From NCBI GenBank assembly GCA_963806155.1, contig CAWDXC010000009.1, positions 120,726 to 184,725 on the forward strand: 64,000 nucleotides of DNA, written 5' to 3'. The DNA comes from an uncultured Actinomycetes bacterium (GTDB lineage Bacteria > Actinomycetota > Thermoleophilia > RBG-16-64-13). A program made the position numbers and the translations under genes. Position 1 is the stretch's first letter, and each line of letters opens with the position of its first letter. The notes beneath the pieces are model-generated. The model saw nothing but the letters and a program-made list of their open reading frames with translations. It was not told the DNA's origin and searched no databases. Shown piece after piece: positions 28,624-37,418 of the stretch.

Positions 28624-28821
28624 ATTCGCCGCCATGCACCCCGCCCTAAGCAAGACAAGACGTTCTCGGTTCCTCTTCCCGCTGCTGGGTTAAGAAGAGC
28701 CTGTTCATCCTACAACTTCGTTTGGATACACAGAAGATCAATTGGAGTCACAGCCGCTCGAAAAGATCGCGGCAGCCCGCCACCCGTGGCCCTGGACTCA
28801 CCCCGGGCGGTATCTCACCAC

Positions 28822-28848
28822 CCGGTCCAGACAGCACCAAATCTTGCC
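28822..28848 (+). repeat. 27-bp direct repeat, copy A
   Basis: CCGGTCCAGACAGCACCAAATCTTGCC; 26/27 identical to 31839-31865. Confidence 0.85.
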
Positions 28849-28962
28849 AACATCCCCCCGTCGCCTCAAACGCCCTGGGCTCCCAACCCACTTCTGGTTC
28901 CCGCAGACGCCTCCTCCTTCACAGCGCAACCACTTTGTCCTTGAACCGGCCGAGGTCCCCCT

Positions 28963-29691
28963 TCAGTCCTGCGCCGAACCGATCCACTTAGCCCGCACTG
29001 TGGCGTTGGGGTCGACGACCTCCCGGACCTCGAAACAGTCGGCCAGCCCCCGGAAGGCCTCAAGTCGGTGATCGATCCCCGAGGTTCGGTCTTCCTCGGC
29101 CACCGCCCTCAAGTAGGTCACCAAGGGGATCCCCTTTGACGTGGTCTCAGGCTCCAGGTTCACCAGCACCAGTCCCAGTCTCTCCAACTCCCCGCGGAGG
29201 TGCGCGGGCTTCCAGCCGTCGTGCAGGATGTCCATCCGCTTGCCCATGTCGCCGAACCGCTCGAGGAAGCGCTCGATTTGAGCCTCGTCCGCCCCACCGC
29301 TGAGGCCGAAGCCGTTCATCAGGGAGTGACGGCCGATCGGGATGAGGGCGAAGCCGAACTCCTGGTCGAGGGAGACGATCCTGTCCTTGCACGCCGGACA
29401 GAACCACACCGACCACCGGCTGCCGCTCCTCAGCACGTGGCGCCCGCAACAATCGCACAGTCTGGCCCTCTCGTTGAAGTCGTAGCCCGGCCACCGGGGT
29501 TCGCCGCGCGGCGCGCACCGGCAGGTCTGCCGAGCAAAGTTCCCGTGCTCGGGTGACGGCGGGTCGAAGAGGTCCATGCAGGTCGTGCAGATAGACAAGG
29601 TCCGGTACTCCGGGCGGAAGCCGCAGCCGGCCAGGGGGTCCGGGGTGTTCTTGGCTCGCCGCTTGGGCTGTTCTTGGGGCAGATCGCTCAT
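28963..29691 (-). CDS. Cys-rich hypothetical protein (probable Zn binding)
   Basis: GAGGAG RBS; CxxC, CxC, CxCC and CxxC motifs within 242 aa. Confidence 0.7.
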   Translation of the reverse strand: MSDLPQEQPKRRAKNTPDPLAGCGFRPEYRTLSICTTCMDLFDPPSPEHGNFARQTCRCAPRGEPRWPGYDFNERARLCDCCGRHVLRSGSRWSVWFCPACKDRIVSLDQEFGFALIPIGRHSLMNGFGLSGGADEAQIERFLERFGDMGKRMDILHDGWKPAHLRGELERLGLVLVNLEPETTSKGIPLVTYLRAVAEEDRTSGIDHRLEAFRGLADCFEVREVVDPNATVRAKWIGSAQD

Positions 29692-29969
29692 GTCGCTCTC
29701 CTCTCACCGGGTCGGGACGACCCCGCCCGCCTGGACGCAAAAGGGAGAGCACGACGCCCGGGTACTGGAACCCAGTCCCAGGAACGAGAAGACCCGCGAC
29801 TCCCTTCCATCAGGAGCGCGGGTATCTCCGACGCCGGACGTTTTGTTGCCCGCGGCTGATCGCCTCGGACCACATCTCCACCCTCTGGCGGAAAGGCACC
29901 TTGGGTGTCCGGACCCAGGTTGCCGGCCTCGACGTCTCCATCGAGACACTCCTGATGCTTGGCGCTAGC

Positions 29970-30329
29970 CTACTCCCACGGGGCTGCGGAGACAAGGGCC
30001 AGCTCCCTGAACCACTCGAGCCGATCGGGCTTCCCCCTCGTAGTCTCGCCGCTGATTGGCCGCGCTGGCGCTCGGCAGCACGAAGACCCGGGCCCCACCG
30101 ATGAGGAGAGGCTGTTCGCCGTAGCCCGAGACGCTCCGATAGCCCAGGTGGCTCAGGACCGCTTTCGCCGATCCTTTGCCGTGGAACGCGACCCAGCCTG
30201 GCTGGAATCTGCCGATCTTAGCGACGAGCGCCGCGGGGTCGTAAGCATCGCGCACGCAGAGGCCCTGCCGGCCGCCGTGCCGCAGATCACCAGTCGCAGA
30301 TCGGGATTCAGGTAGTCAGGAAGGATCAA
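29970..30329 (-). pseudogene. mug: Mismatch-specific uracil-DNA glycosylase with an internal deletion
   Basis: MILPDYLNPDLRLVICGTAAGRAS jumps to DPAALVAKIGRFQP..VAF.GK...VFVLPSAS.AN; the central GHYY..PGNRFW...GLTD segment is absent. Confidence 0.8.
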
Positions 30330-30340
30330 GAGCTGCCGGC

Positions 30341-30745
30341 CTAGGCGACGACCTGACTGCTGAGGATGGCGGCGATACGCCCCACATCGAGGTCAAGCCG
30401 TTCCGGACTGACCAGGCATTCGCCCGTTTCCATGTAGATGCCCACCCGCACCCGTTTACTCTTCACCTGGACCCAGGTGGCCGACACCAGAGGGAACCTC
30501 CGTCCTCCGGCACCGTCAAGGCATCCGTCGAAATAGGATCTGAGATCCTCCTTGCGAAGGTCCGTACCCAGCGGCACTTCGACTTCACCGGCCAGACCGT
30601 TGGCGGTGCCTGCACCCAGCAGGTTGCCATGGCGATCGACAAGAGCCACGCCAAATACCGGTTCGGTCGTGCGCCTGGCCCAGCGCGAGGCAGATGGCGA
30701 GGCAGATGCCGGTACCACGTGCGCCTTGACAACTCGCCCATTCAT
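30341..30745 (-). CDS. Hypothetical protein
   Basis: 134-aa ORF whose stop lies 11 nt upstream of the mug start; no motif recognised. Confidence 0.45.
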   Translation of the reverse strand: MNGRVVKAHVVPASASPSASRWARRTTEPVFGVALVDRHGNLLGAGTANGLAGEVEVPLGTDLRKEDLRSYFDGCLDGAGGRRFPLVSATWVQVKSKRVRVGIYMETGECLVSPERLDLDVGRIAAILSSQVVA

Positions 30746-31028
30746 GAGGGGACCCCACCTCTGTATCTTGCATTTTGAGTTGCCTCGCGGGTTGCCTTGC
30801 GGAGGTCGATCTGGCCGTCGGAACCGAGTCTGAGGTGCTGGATCTAGGGTGCGCCGTGCCCTGCAGCGGGACTTTGGTGGGCTGCGACCGAGGGTATTCT
30901 TTCGCCGCTCATGCTGACGATCGTCTCTGCACGAACCATGGCAGTTCGGGCCCGATGACGCAAGGGGCCTTCACACGAAATCGCCGCAATTTGCTTGAGA
31001 AACAAGAGCGGTTCTTGAGGAACAACAG

Positions 31029-31343
31029 TCACGCCACCCGCAACGGCTTGATCCGCCCCACCTGCTCTCCGATCGACTGCTCGGCCTCCCAGAGATCGAC
31101 CGCCCGCTGAGCGTTCAACCAGAAGTCCGGGCTATTGCCGAACAGGCGGCCCAGTCGTAGCGCCATCTCGGGGCTCAAGGAACGACGCTCCCGAAGAAGC
31201 TCGTTGATCGTCTGGCGCGATACACCAAGCGCCCCGGCCAGGCCGGCGACGGTGAGTCCATAGTCGGGCATGAAGTCCTCGCGGAGCATCTCTCCCGGAT
31301 GAGTCGGGCGGACAGTCCTTCTGACAGCGTTGCGCAAGCTCAC
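31029..31343 (-). CDS. higA: HigA/VapI-family antitoxin
   Basis: PTHPGEMLREDF...T...LA..LGVSRQTINEL..ERR.LSPEMALRL.R.FG.SP.FWLN.Q. Confidence 0.93.
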   Translation of the reverse strand: MSLRNAVRRTVRPTHPGEMLREDFMPDYGLTVAGLAGALGVSRQTINELLRERRSLSPEMALRLGRLFGNSPDFWLNAQRAVDLWEAEQSIGEQVGRIKPLRVA

Positions 31344-31356
31344 ATCGGACCCCGTG

Positions 31357-31490
31357 TCAATGGTAGTCGATGATTTCCACGTCGTATGCATCAGCGTCCA
31401 CAAACCGGAAGCAGATGCGCCACCGATCGTTGATGGAGATCGAGTACTGTCCCCTCCTGTCCCCTTCAAGTCGGCGAACGTCTTGATCAC
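31357..31490 (-). pseudogene. higB: HigB toxin with a large internal deletion
   Basis: MIKTFAD joined directly to LKG(D)RRGQYSISINDRWRICFRFVDADAYDVEIIDYH*; only about 44 aa; one G appears to be missing in a G run. Confidence 0.85.
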
Positions 31491-31495
31491 GATGG

Positions 31496-31524
31496 AGTGT
31501 AATGTGTCACGTGACGCTTGTCAA
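31496..31524 (-). promoter_or_regulatory. higBA promoter with a palindromic operator
   Basis: TTGACA-N17-TACACT; palindrome GTCACGTGAC at 31506-31515 in the spacer; GTG start 5 nt after the -10 (leaderless). Confidence 0.85.
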
Positions 31525-31838
31525 CAGGATGAATTGCCGGGTGGAGAAGATTCTGCCCATCACCAAACGCGCAGTTCCGCTTCACCGCGGGTTCAATAGT
31601 CACGATGAGGCCCCAGAAAAGCAGTACCCCGCCGGTGGCCTTCAGCGGAGCCGACGAGGAGCAAGAACGATGAGAATGCAGGAACATCTTCTCCATGTCA
31701 ACGGGGAGTGCCCGATCTCTCGCGCTGTGCACCGCACCACGATGCCGCACGATTGCGACAGAGAAATCCAACCAAGGGTGGATTCTGGAGACCCCGCCCA
31801 CCCCGCGGCCAGCCTGACCGTCGGCACCTCCTCCCCAT

Positions 31839-31865
31839 CCGGTCCAGACAGCACCAGATCTTGCC
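31839..31865 (+). repeat. 27-bp direct repeat, copy B
   Basis: CCGGTCCAGACAGCACCAGATCTTGCC. Confidence 0.85.
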
Positions 31866-31922
31866 CCCGTCGCCCGTGCCTCGTCCCCTCCCCCAGCCTC
31901 CTTTTCCGAGACCCCCTATCAA

Positions 31923-31956
31923 GACCTCTTGACTATTATTAACTTCGTACTATACT
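31923..31956 (+). promoter_or_regulatory. Promoter/operator of ABC exporter copy 1, nearly identical to the padR promoter
   Basis: GACCTC-TTGACT-attattaacttcgtac-TATACT. Confidence 0.85.
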
Positions 31957-32033
31957 TGGTTTGCTAGCAAGCGCAGGCTACGAATGGTTTAAAGTGGGTA
32001 CCAAAGTACGAGAACTGGCACAGGGGGCGACGA

Positions 32034-33192
32034 ATGCGAACTCTACGAAACGTCTTCCGGCGCAAACTGAGGGTCCTCCTCACTATCTTCGGGATCACCA
32101 TCGGGGTGCTGGCCTTGGTGGTCATGGGAAGCATGGCCGAGAAGATCGACCTGCTCGTTTCGGGCGGAACCGAGTATTACTCCGACAAAGTCACGGTCGG
32201 GGCGGAGGGCAGCTCTTTGTTCTCGAGCGCGCCGCTCTCCCTCAGCAAGTACGACGCCATCAAGAGCGTGCCGGGTGTGGCCGAGGTCTCGGCCGATCTC
32301 GACACCCTGCTCGACACCGAAGCCTCCGTGTCCTTCGGGATGCCTCCCATGATCTCCGGCAGCGACATGCGCGGCCAGGATCTGGAAAGCTTCGAGATGT
32401 CCTATGCCGAGGGACGGGCACTGACCCCGGACGACATCGGGTCGGTGGTGGTGGGATCCGATCTGGTCGATAAGCTCGGCGCGGAGGTAGGCGGCATCGT
32501 CACCGTGCGCGGCGAGCAGTACACGGTCGTCGGGATACTCGACAAGACTCTGACCGCCCCGGACACCACAGTGGAGATGACCCTCCCCGACGCTCAGCGG
32601 ATCTTTATGCAGGATCTGCCCGAGGTGATCCGCGGCCAGGTGGACCAGGCCGATCTGGTCACCGGGTTCGTCGTCTACCCCACGCCGGGCACCGATCCGG
32701 AGGAGCTGGCCACGGCCATCAACGAGGCAGTCCCCGGGGTGCTGGCCACCGGCCCGAAGGCGTTCCAGGAGCAGATAGCGAGCGCCATGGGGATCTTCAA
32801 CGCCATCCTTTACGGGATCGCGATCATCGCGCTTTTCGTGGGCGGGCTCTCGGTCATCAACACCATGACCATGTCGGTGAACGAGCGTACCCGGGAGATC
32901 GGAGTGCGCAAGGCCATCGGCGCCTCCGACGGCCAGATCGTGGGGCAGTTCCTGAGCGAGTCCGGGTTCATCGGCTTGATCGGTGGGGTCTCCGGGCTGT
33001 TCCTGGGTTGGCTGGCTGTGACCGTGACCGACAAACTGCTGGAGCCTCGCAACCTCGATCTGTTCCTCGTCACTCCCAGGCTGGCGATCGGCTCGGTCGC
33101 CTTCGCCATACTTCCTCGGTCTGGTGAGCGGACTCTACCCCTCCCTGCACGCGGCCCGGCTGCAGCCGGTCCTCGCCCTTCGCTACGAATAG
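32034..33192 (+). CDS. MacB/FtsX-type ABC transporter permease, copy 1; frameshift near 33112
   Basis: R..LTIFGITIGV, INTMTMSVNERTREIGVRKAIGA; the corrected frame ends GLYPSLHAARLQPVLALRYE*. Confidence 0.9.
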
Positions 33193-33201
33193 GAGAGAAC
33201 G

Positions 33202-34023
33202 ATGCACGACACGACAAGCACCATCCCGCGCCGCGAGACCGACGGGCGGCGAAACCGCCGACCCCGGGGAAGGCCGGGAACAGGCGCGCGAGCGACAGGG
33301 CCGCCGGCCGCGCGACGACCGGAAGGGCCGCGAAACCGATCATCCGCGGCGAAGCGATCCACAAACGCTACGTGATGGGCGAGGACAACTACGTAGACGC
33401 CCTGCAGGACGCCTCGCTCGAGATCCAGGAAGGCGAGATGGTGGCGAGTCATGGGCCCGTCGGGCTCCGGGAAGTCCACCCTGCTCCACATCCTCGGCTG
33501 CCTCGACTCTGTCGACTCGGGCGAGGTGTGGCTGGACGGGCGCCGGGTGGACAGGCTGAGCCGGCGCGACCTGGCCGCGCTACGGCGGAACGAGGTGGGG
33601 TTCATCTTCCAGACCTTCAACCTGGTGCCGAGCTTCACCGCCATCGAGAACGTCATGCTGGCGGCCGAGTACGCGGGGAAGGGCAGGCGCGAAGCCCGCG
33701 AAGCGGCGCGGAGCGCGCTGGCCCAGGTGGGACTGGCCGACCGGGAGGAGCACCGGCCCACCGAGCTCTCCGGCGGTCAGCAGCAGCGGGTAGCCATCGC
33801 CCGGGCTCTGGTGAACGGCCCCAAGGTCATCTTCGGGGACGAGCCCACCGGCAACCTGGACTCCGCCAGCTCGGCCGAGATCGTCCAGATGATGCACCAG
33901 ATCAACCGCGAGACGGGCACGACCTTCGTCCTGGTCACCCACGACCCGGGCGTCGCCGCGACCTGCGACCGGGTGTTCCAGATGCTGGACGGGCGGGTGA
34001 CGAACGGGCACCACGCCGACTGA
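33202..34023 (+). CDS. ABC ATP-binding protein (LolD/MacB type), copy 1; frameshifts in the 5' part
   Basis: GPSGSGKST, LSGGQQQRVAIARAL, DEPTGNLD; shifts before and at about 33450. Confidence 0.9.
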
Positions 34024-34095
34024 GCGGTGGCCGCCCGGGCGCCGCCCGGGCGGCAACGAGTATGGCCTCGCATGGAGTCAGGCGCCTACGTTGAG

Positions 34096-34123
34096 CCGTA
34101 CAGAGCAGTGGTATTATGTACGG
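34096..34123 (+). promoter_or_regulatory. Extended -10 promoter and inverted-repeat operator of the DUF6364-PIN pair
   Basis: CCGTACA-N14-TGTACGG flanks TG-G-TATTAT (34109-34117); ATG 34125 lies 7 nt downstream. Confidence 0.7.
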
Positions 34124-34124
34124 C

Positions 34125-34361
34125 ATGAAGGAACAGAAGTTGACTATCCGCATCTCGCAGGAAGTCCTCGATGGGGCGAAGCGCTACGCGCGTGACCATG
34201 GGACCACGCTCACCCGACTCGTCACGGTGTATCTGGAGAGACTGGCAAAGGAGAGCGACCCGCTCGAGTCCGCGCCGGTCACCCGCGGACTAGCCGGCTC
34301 GCTTCCCCCGGGCACCACTCGCACCGAGTACTTGGAGCACCTCGAGAGCAAACATGTCTAG
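34125..34361 (+). CDS. DUF6364/RHH-type antitoxin
   Basis: KLTIRI..EVLD.AKRYA...GTTL..LV..YL; overlaps the PIN gene. Confidence 0.85.
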   Translation: MKEQKLTIRISQEVLDGAKRYARDHGTTLTRLVTVYLERLAKESDPLESAPVTRGLAGSLPPGTTRTEYLEHLESKHV

Positions 34362-34803
34362 ACCGGTCGCGGCCGCGGTCCCGCCCTTTGTGCTCGTCGA
34401 CGTCGACGTGGTCCTCGACGTCCTTTCCCTCAGGGAGCCGTTCTTCGCCGACTCGTCGGCCGTACTGGCCGCCTGCGAGATCGGTCGCTGCCGAGGCCTG
34501 ATCGCAGCCCACGCCGTCACGACGCTCTCGTATCTCCTCGAGAGGCACCACAACCCGGGTTACGCGCGCACGCAGATCGCCGACCTCTTGAGGATAGTTC
34601 GCATAGCGACTGTGGACGAGCAGGTGATCCGGCGAGCCCTGGCCTCGGGTTTGCCCGACTTTGAAGATAGCGTGCAGATGGCCGCCGCCGCGGTGGCCGG
34701 AGCCGAGTACGTGGTGACTCGCAACCTCGCCCACTTCTCCGGTGGACCCGTCCCCGCTCTGACGCCGGCCGAGTTCTTGCCCCTGCTTGACCTGGACTGC
34801 TAA
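34354..34803 (+). CDS. PIN-domain (VapC-like) toxin
   Basis: VLVDVDVVLD, DFED..Q..AA and VVTRN..HF. Confidence 0.9.
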   Translation: MSRPVAAAVPPFVLVDVDVVLDVLSLREPFFADSSAVLAACEIGRCRGLIAAHAVTTLSYLLERHHNPGYARTQIADLLRIVRIATVDEQVIRRALASGLPDFEDSVQMAAAAVAGAEYVVTRNLAHFSGGPVPALTPAEFLPLLDLDC

Positions 34804-34820
34804 GAGTCCGAGAAACCTCG

Positions 34821-35231
34821 CTACAGCTCAGGCACCACCGTGAAGCCCTGTTCGGCGAAATGTCTGTCGGCGGTCAGGACCCTGCGGACGCCCAGCCGCC
34901 GCATGAGCACGAAGCTCGCGCAGTCCACCAGACTCAGATCCCGCTTGCCGACCGCCAACAGGGCGGCTAGGGCCTGGTCGTGGATCCGTTCGTCGATCCA
35001 GGCGACCTGTACCCACGGCATCACGAAAGTGCCCAGAGCGTCGACGGCGACGGGCCCCAGGCGGCGTTGGAGCAGCGCCGCCAGCTCGACCAGAACGTAG
35101 CTGCTGGTGTGGAGCGACGCGCCCGAAGCAACGATCGTCCGCCATGCTTCCGCGGCTGCCGGGTGCGTGGAGTCGTCGCCGTCGAACACGGCGTAGAGAC
35201 CCGACGTATCCAGGAATACGGGATCCTTCAT
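34821..35231 (-). CDS. vapC: PIN-domain VapC toxin
   Basis: FLDTSG, YVL.E, LSLVDC.SF and T.D.HF..QGF. Confidence 0.92.
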   Translation of the reverse strand: MKDPVFLDTSGLYAVFDGDDSTHPAAAEAWRTIVASGASLHTSSYVLVELAALLQRRLGPVAVDALGTFVMPWVQVAWIDERIHDQALAALLAVGKRDLSLVDCASFVLMRRLGVRRVLTADRHFAEQGFTVVPEL

Positions 35232-35320
35232 CCGAGGTAGGCCTCGTCCAGGTGATCATCGTGCTCGATGGCAACGTCGCTTCTCCCGGAATGGAAGCGG
35301 CCTGCCACCTCGAGAGCGGA
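35228..35320 (-). pseudogene. 3' remnant of the cognate antitoxin
   Basis: ALEVAGRFHSGRSDVAIEHDDHLDEAYLG* overlaps the vapC ATG (ATGA); no start codon or DNA-binding N-terminus in frame. Confidence 0.7.
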
Positions 35321-35421
35321 TGACCGGGATACGAGGCGCCGGCTGCCGGGGCATTGCGCTCCAACGCCGGGCAGCGGACAATGACGGTGCCGTACACACC
35401 GCTACGAAAGCGCCCCCTACC

Positions 35422-37026
35422 ATGCCCGACCACGTCAGACGAACAACTGGTCGCGGCCCGCCGACGGATCGCCGCGGCCTACGATCCGCTCTTGCTCGAA
35501 GACGCCGGCCACCGGCTGGCAGAATCGCTGGCCGCCCACCTGGCTCGGGTAGAGCGGTCGGAGGGTCCGGTGCTGCCCTGGGTAGAGCCCCCGGACGGCG
35601 TCCGCGAGGCGGCGGCGCTGTTGCACGCGGCGTCCGCGCGCGCCGCGCAGGACGCGGCCCAGGAAGCGAGCGCCGCTCCGGGAGCCGGCTGCGGCGGAGG
35701 CCGCCAGCCCCAGCCGCAGAGACCGGCCCTCCCGCAGCCGACCTCCCTGATCTCTTCGCCCGACTCGTCAAGATCATGCTCGACCGGGGTCTCAACCTGC
35801 ACAACCCCCGGTACATCGGTCACCAGGTGGCGGCCTCTGTGCCGATCGCCGGGTTGTTCGACGCCGTGGGTTCGGTCACCAATCAATCGACGGCCATCTA
35901 CGAGATGGGTCCGTGGTCGACCGCCGTCGAGCAGGCCATGATCGATGAGTTGGGCGCAGCCATCGGCTGGACGCCCGGCAACTTCGCCGGTGCCGTCACC
36001 CACGGCGGGTCGCTGGCTAACCTGACCGCCCTGCTGACCGCGCGCAACGTGGCTCTGGGCGACGTATGGGAGCGCGGGCTGACGCGCGGCGGGCCGCAGC
36101 CGGTGCTCCTTGCCCACGCCGAAGCCCACTACAGCGTGGCTCGAGCCGCGGGCATCCTTGGTTTGGGCAGCCGGCAGATCGTGCGGGTCGGCCTGGACGA
36201 CCGGGGGCGCATGGACCCGCAACAATTGGATGCAGAACTTAACCGCCTACGGGCCCAAGGCGATCCGATCGTGGCGGTCACCGCCTGCGCCTGCGCCACC
36301 CCCACCGGAGCCTTCGATCCGCTGGAGGATATCGCCGCCGTCTGCCGACATCATGGAGTCTGGCTTCATGTCGACGCCGCGCACGGAGGCGCGGCCGTGC
36401 TCAGCGACCGGCACAGGCACTTGGTAGCCGGGCTCGAGCAGGCCGACAGCGTCGCCTGGGACGCCCACAAGATGCTGTTCGTGCCGGCCCTCTGCGCCTT
36501 CGTGTTCTACCGGGAAAAGCGCCACGGCTTCGCCGCGTTCAGCCAGGACGCGCCCTACCTCTTCGATCCGGCCGCTCCCGGCTTGGCCGACTACGACAGC
36601 AGCATGAAGACGGTGGAGTGCACCAAGCGGGCGGCGGCCTTCGGGCTGTGGGGGGTGTGGTCGTTGTTCGGCCGGCAGTTGTTCGCCGACATGGTCGACG
36701 TCACCTTCGCCTTGGGCCGCACGTTCTACGAGAAGCTACTGGCGGCGGAGGACTTCGTCCCCCTGCACGAGCCGCAATGCAACATCGTGGTCTTCCGCCA
36801 CGTCCCGGCCGAACTGCGCGATGCGCCGACCGAGCGCGTGGGCGAATTCCAACTCGAACTGCGCCGCCGGATCATCGAGTCGGGCGAGTTCTATATCGTG
36901 CCGTTCAAGCGGGATGGGGTGGGCGCCTTGCGCGTCACCATCATCAACCCGCTCACCACCCCCGCGCACCTCGACCAGTTGATGGACGCCCTGCGGCGGC
37001 AGGGGCGCGAGTTGCTGGAGGGTTAG
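35422..37026 (+). CDS. Group II PLP-dependent amino-acid decarboxylase; two compensating frameshifts near the 5' end
   Basis: HGGSLANLTAL, AHYSV, HVDAAHGG, DAHK (PLP lysine) and CNIV.FR. Confidence 0.92.
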   Translation: MPDHVRRTTGRGPPTDRRGLRSALARRRRPPAGRIAGRPPGSGRAVGGSGAALGRAPGRRPRGGGAVARGVRARRAGRGPGSERRSGSRLRRRPPAPAAETGPPAADLPDLFARLVKIMLDRGLNLHNPRYIGHQVAASVPIAGLFDAVGSVTNQSTAIYEMGPWSTAVEQAMIDELGAAIGWTPGNFAGAVTHGGSLANLTALLTARNVALGDVWERGLTRGGPQPVLLAHAEAHYSVARAAGILGLGSRQIVRVGLDDRGRMDPQQLDAELNRLRAQGDPIVAVTACACATPTGAFDPLEDIAAVCRHHGVWLHVDAAHGGAAVLSDRHRHLVAGLEQADSVAWDAHKMLFVPALCAFVFYREKRHGFAAFSQDAPYLFDPAAPGLADYDSSMKTVECTKRAAAFGLWGVWSLFGRQLFADMVDVTFALGRTFYEKLLAAEDFVPLHEPQCNIVVFRHVPAELRDAPTERVGEFQLELRRRIIESGEFYIVPFKRDGVGALRVTIINPLTTPAHLDQLMDALRRQGRELLEG

Positions 37027-37113
37027 CCGCTTGCTGGGAGCACGCCGGCCGCGCGCCGAGCCGGCCCGGCTCCTGCCCGGTCAAGATCCGCGCCCCCGTC
37101 GCGATGGGCCCTC

Positions 37114-37404
37114 CTACCCCCGAACCGCTTCCTGGCTCGGACCGAAGCGGCGCACCGCGCGAGCGTGCGCCTGGGCGGCTTCGACTTCCCGATCCCGTGG
37201 AGCTGCCGAGGTCACCAGCGAGCCCAGCAGGACGCTGGAGGCCTGCGCCACGGCGTCAACGGCCCTGTCAAAAGCCTCCTCGTTGGCAGCCGATGGTTTA
37301 GCGAACCCGCTGATCTTCCTCACGTACTGCAGAGCAGCCGCCCGGATCTCGACTTCACTCGCGGGCGGGTCGAAGTTGAACAGGATCTTGATGTTCCGGC
37401 ACAT
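37114..37404 (-). CDS. DUF2277-domain protein
   Basis: MCRNIK.LFNF.PPA...EI.AAALQYVRKISG. Confidence 0.88.
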   Translation of the reverse strand: MCRNIKILFNFDPPASEVEIRAAALQYVRKISGFAKPSAANEEAFDRAVDAVAQASSVLLGSLVTSAAPRDREVEAAQAHARAVRRFGPSQEAVRG

Positions 37405-37418
37405 CCCGCGGCGCAGAG

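Noticed and set aside
28690-28720. GAGCCTGTTCA as an IS terminal repeat
   Set aside because: No matching inverted copy and no transposase in the window.
31029-31490. 153-aa HigB-HigA fusion ORF
   Set aside because: The HigB C-terminus with its own stop (31357) is in another frame; one missing G in a homopolymer explains the read-through.
32034-34094. 686-aa permease-ATPase fusion
   Set aside because: Comparison with intact copy 2 shows the permease ends at LRYE* (33192); the long ORF is a frameshift product.
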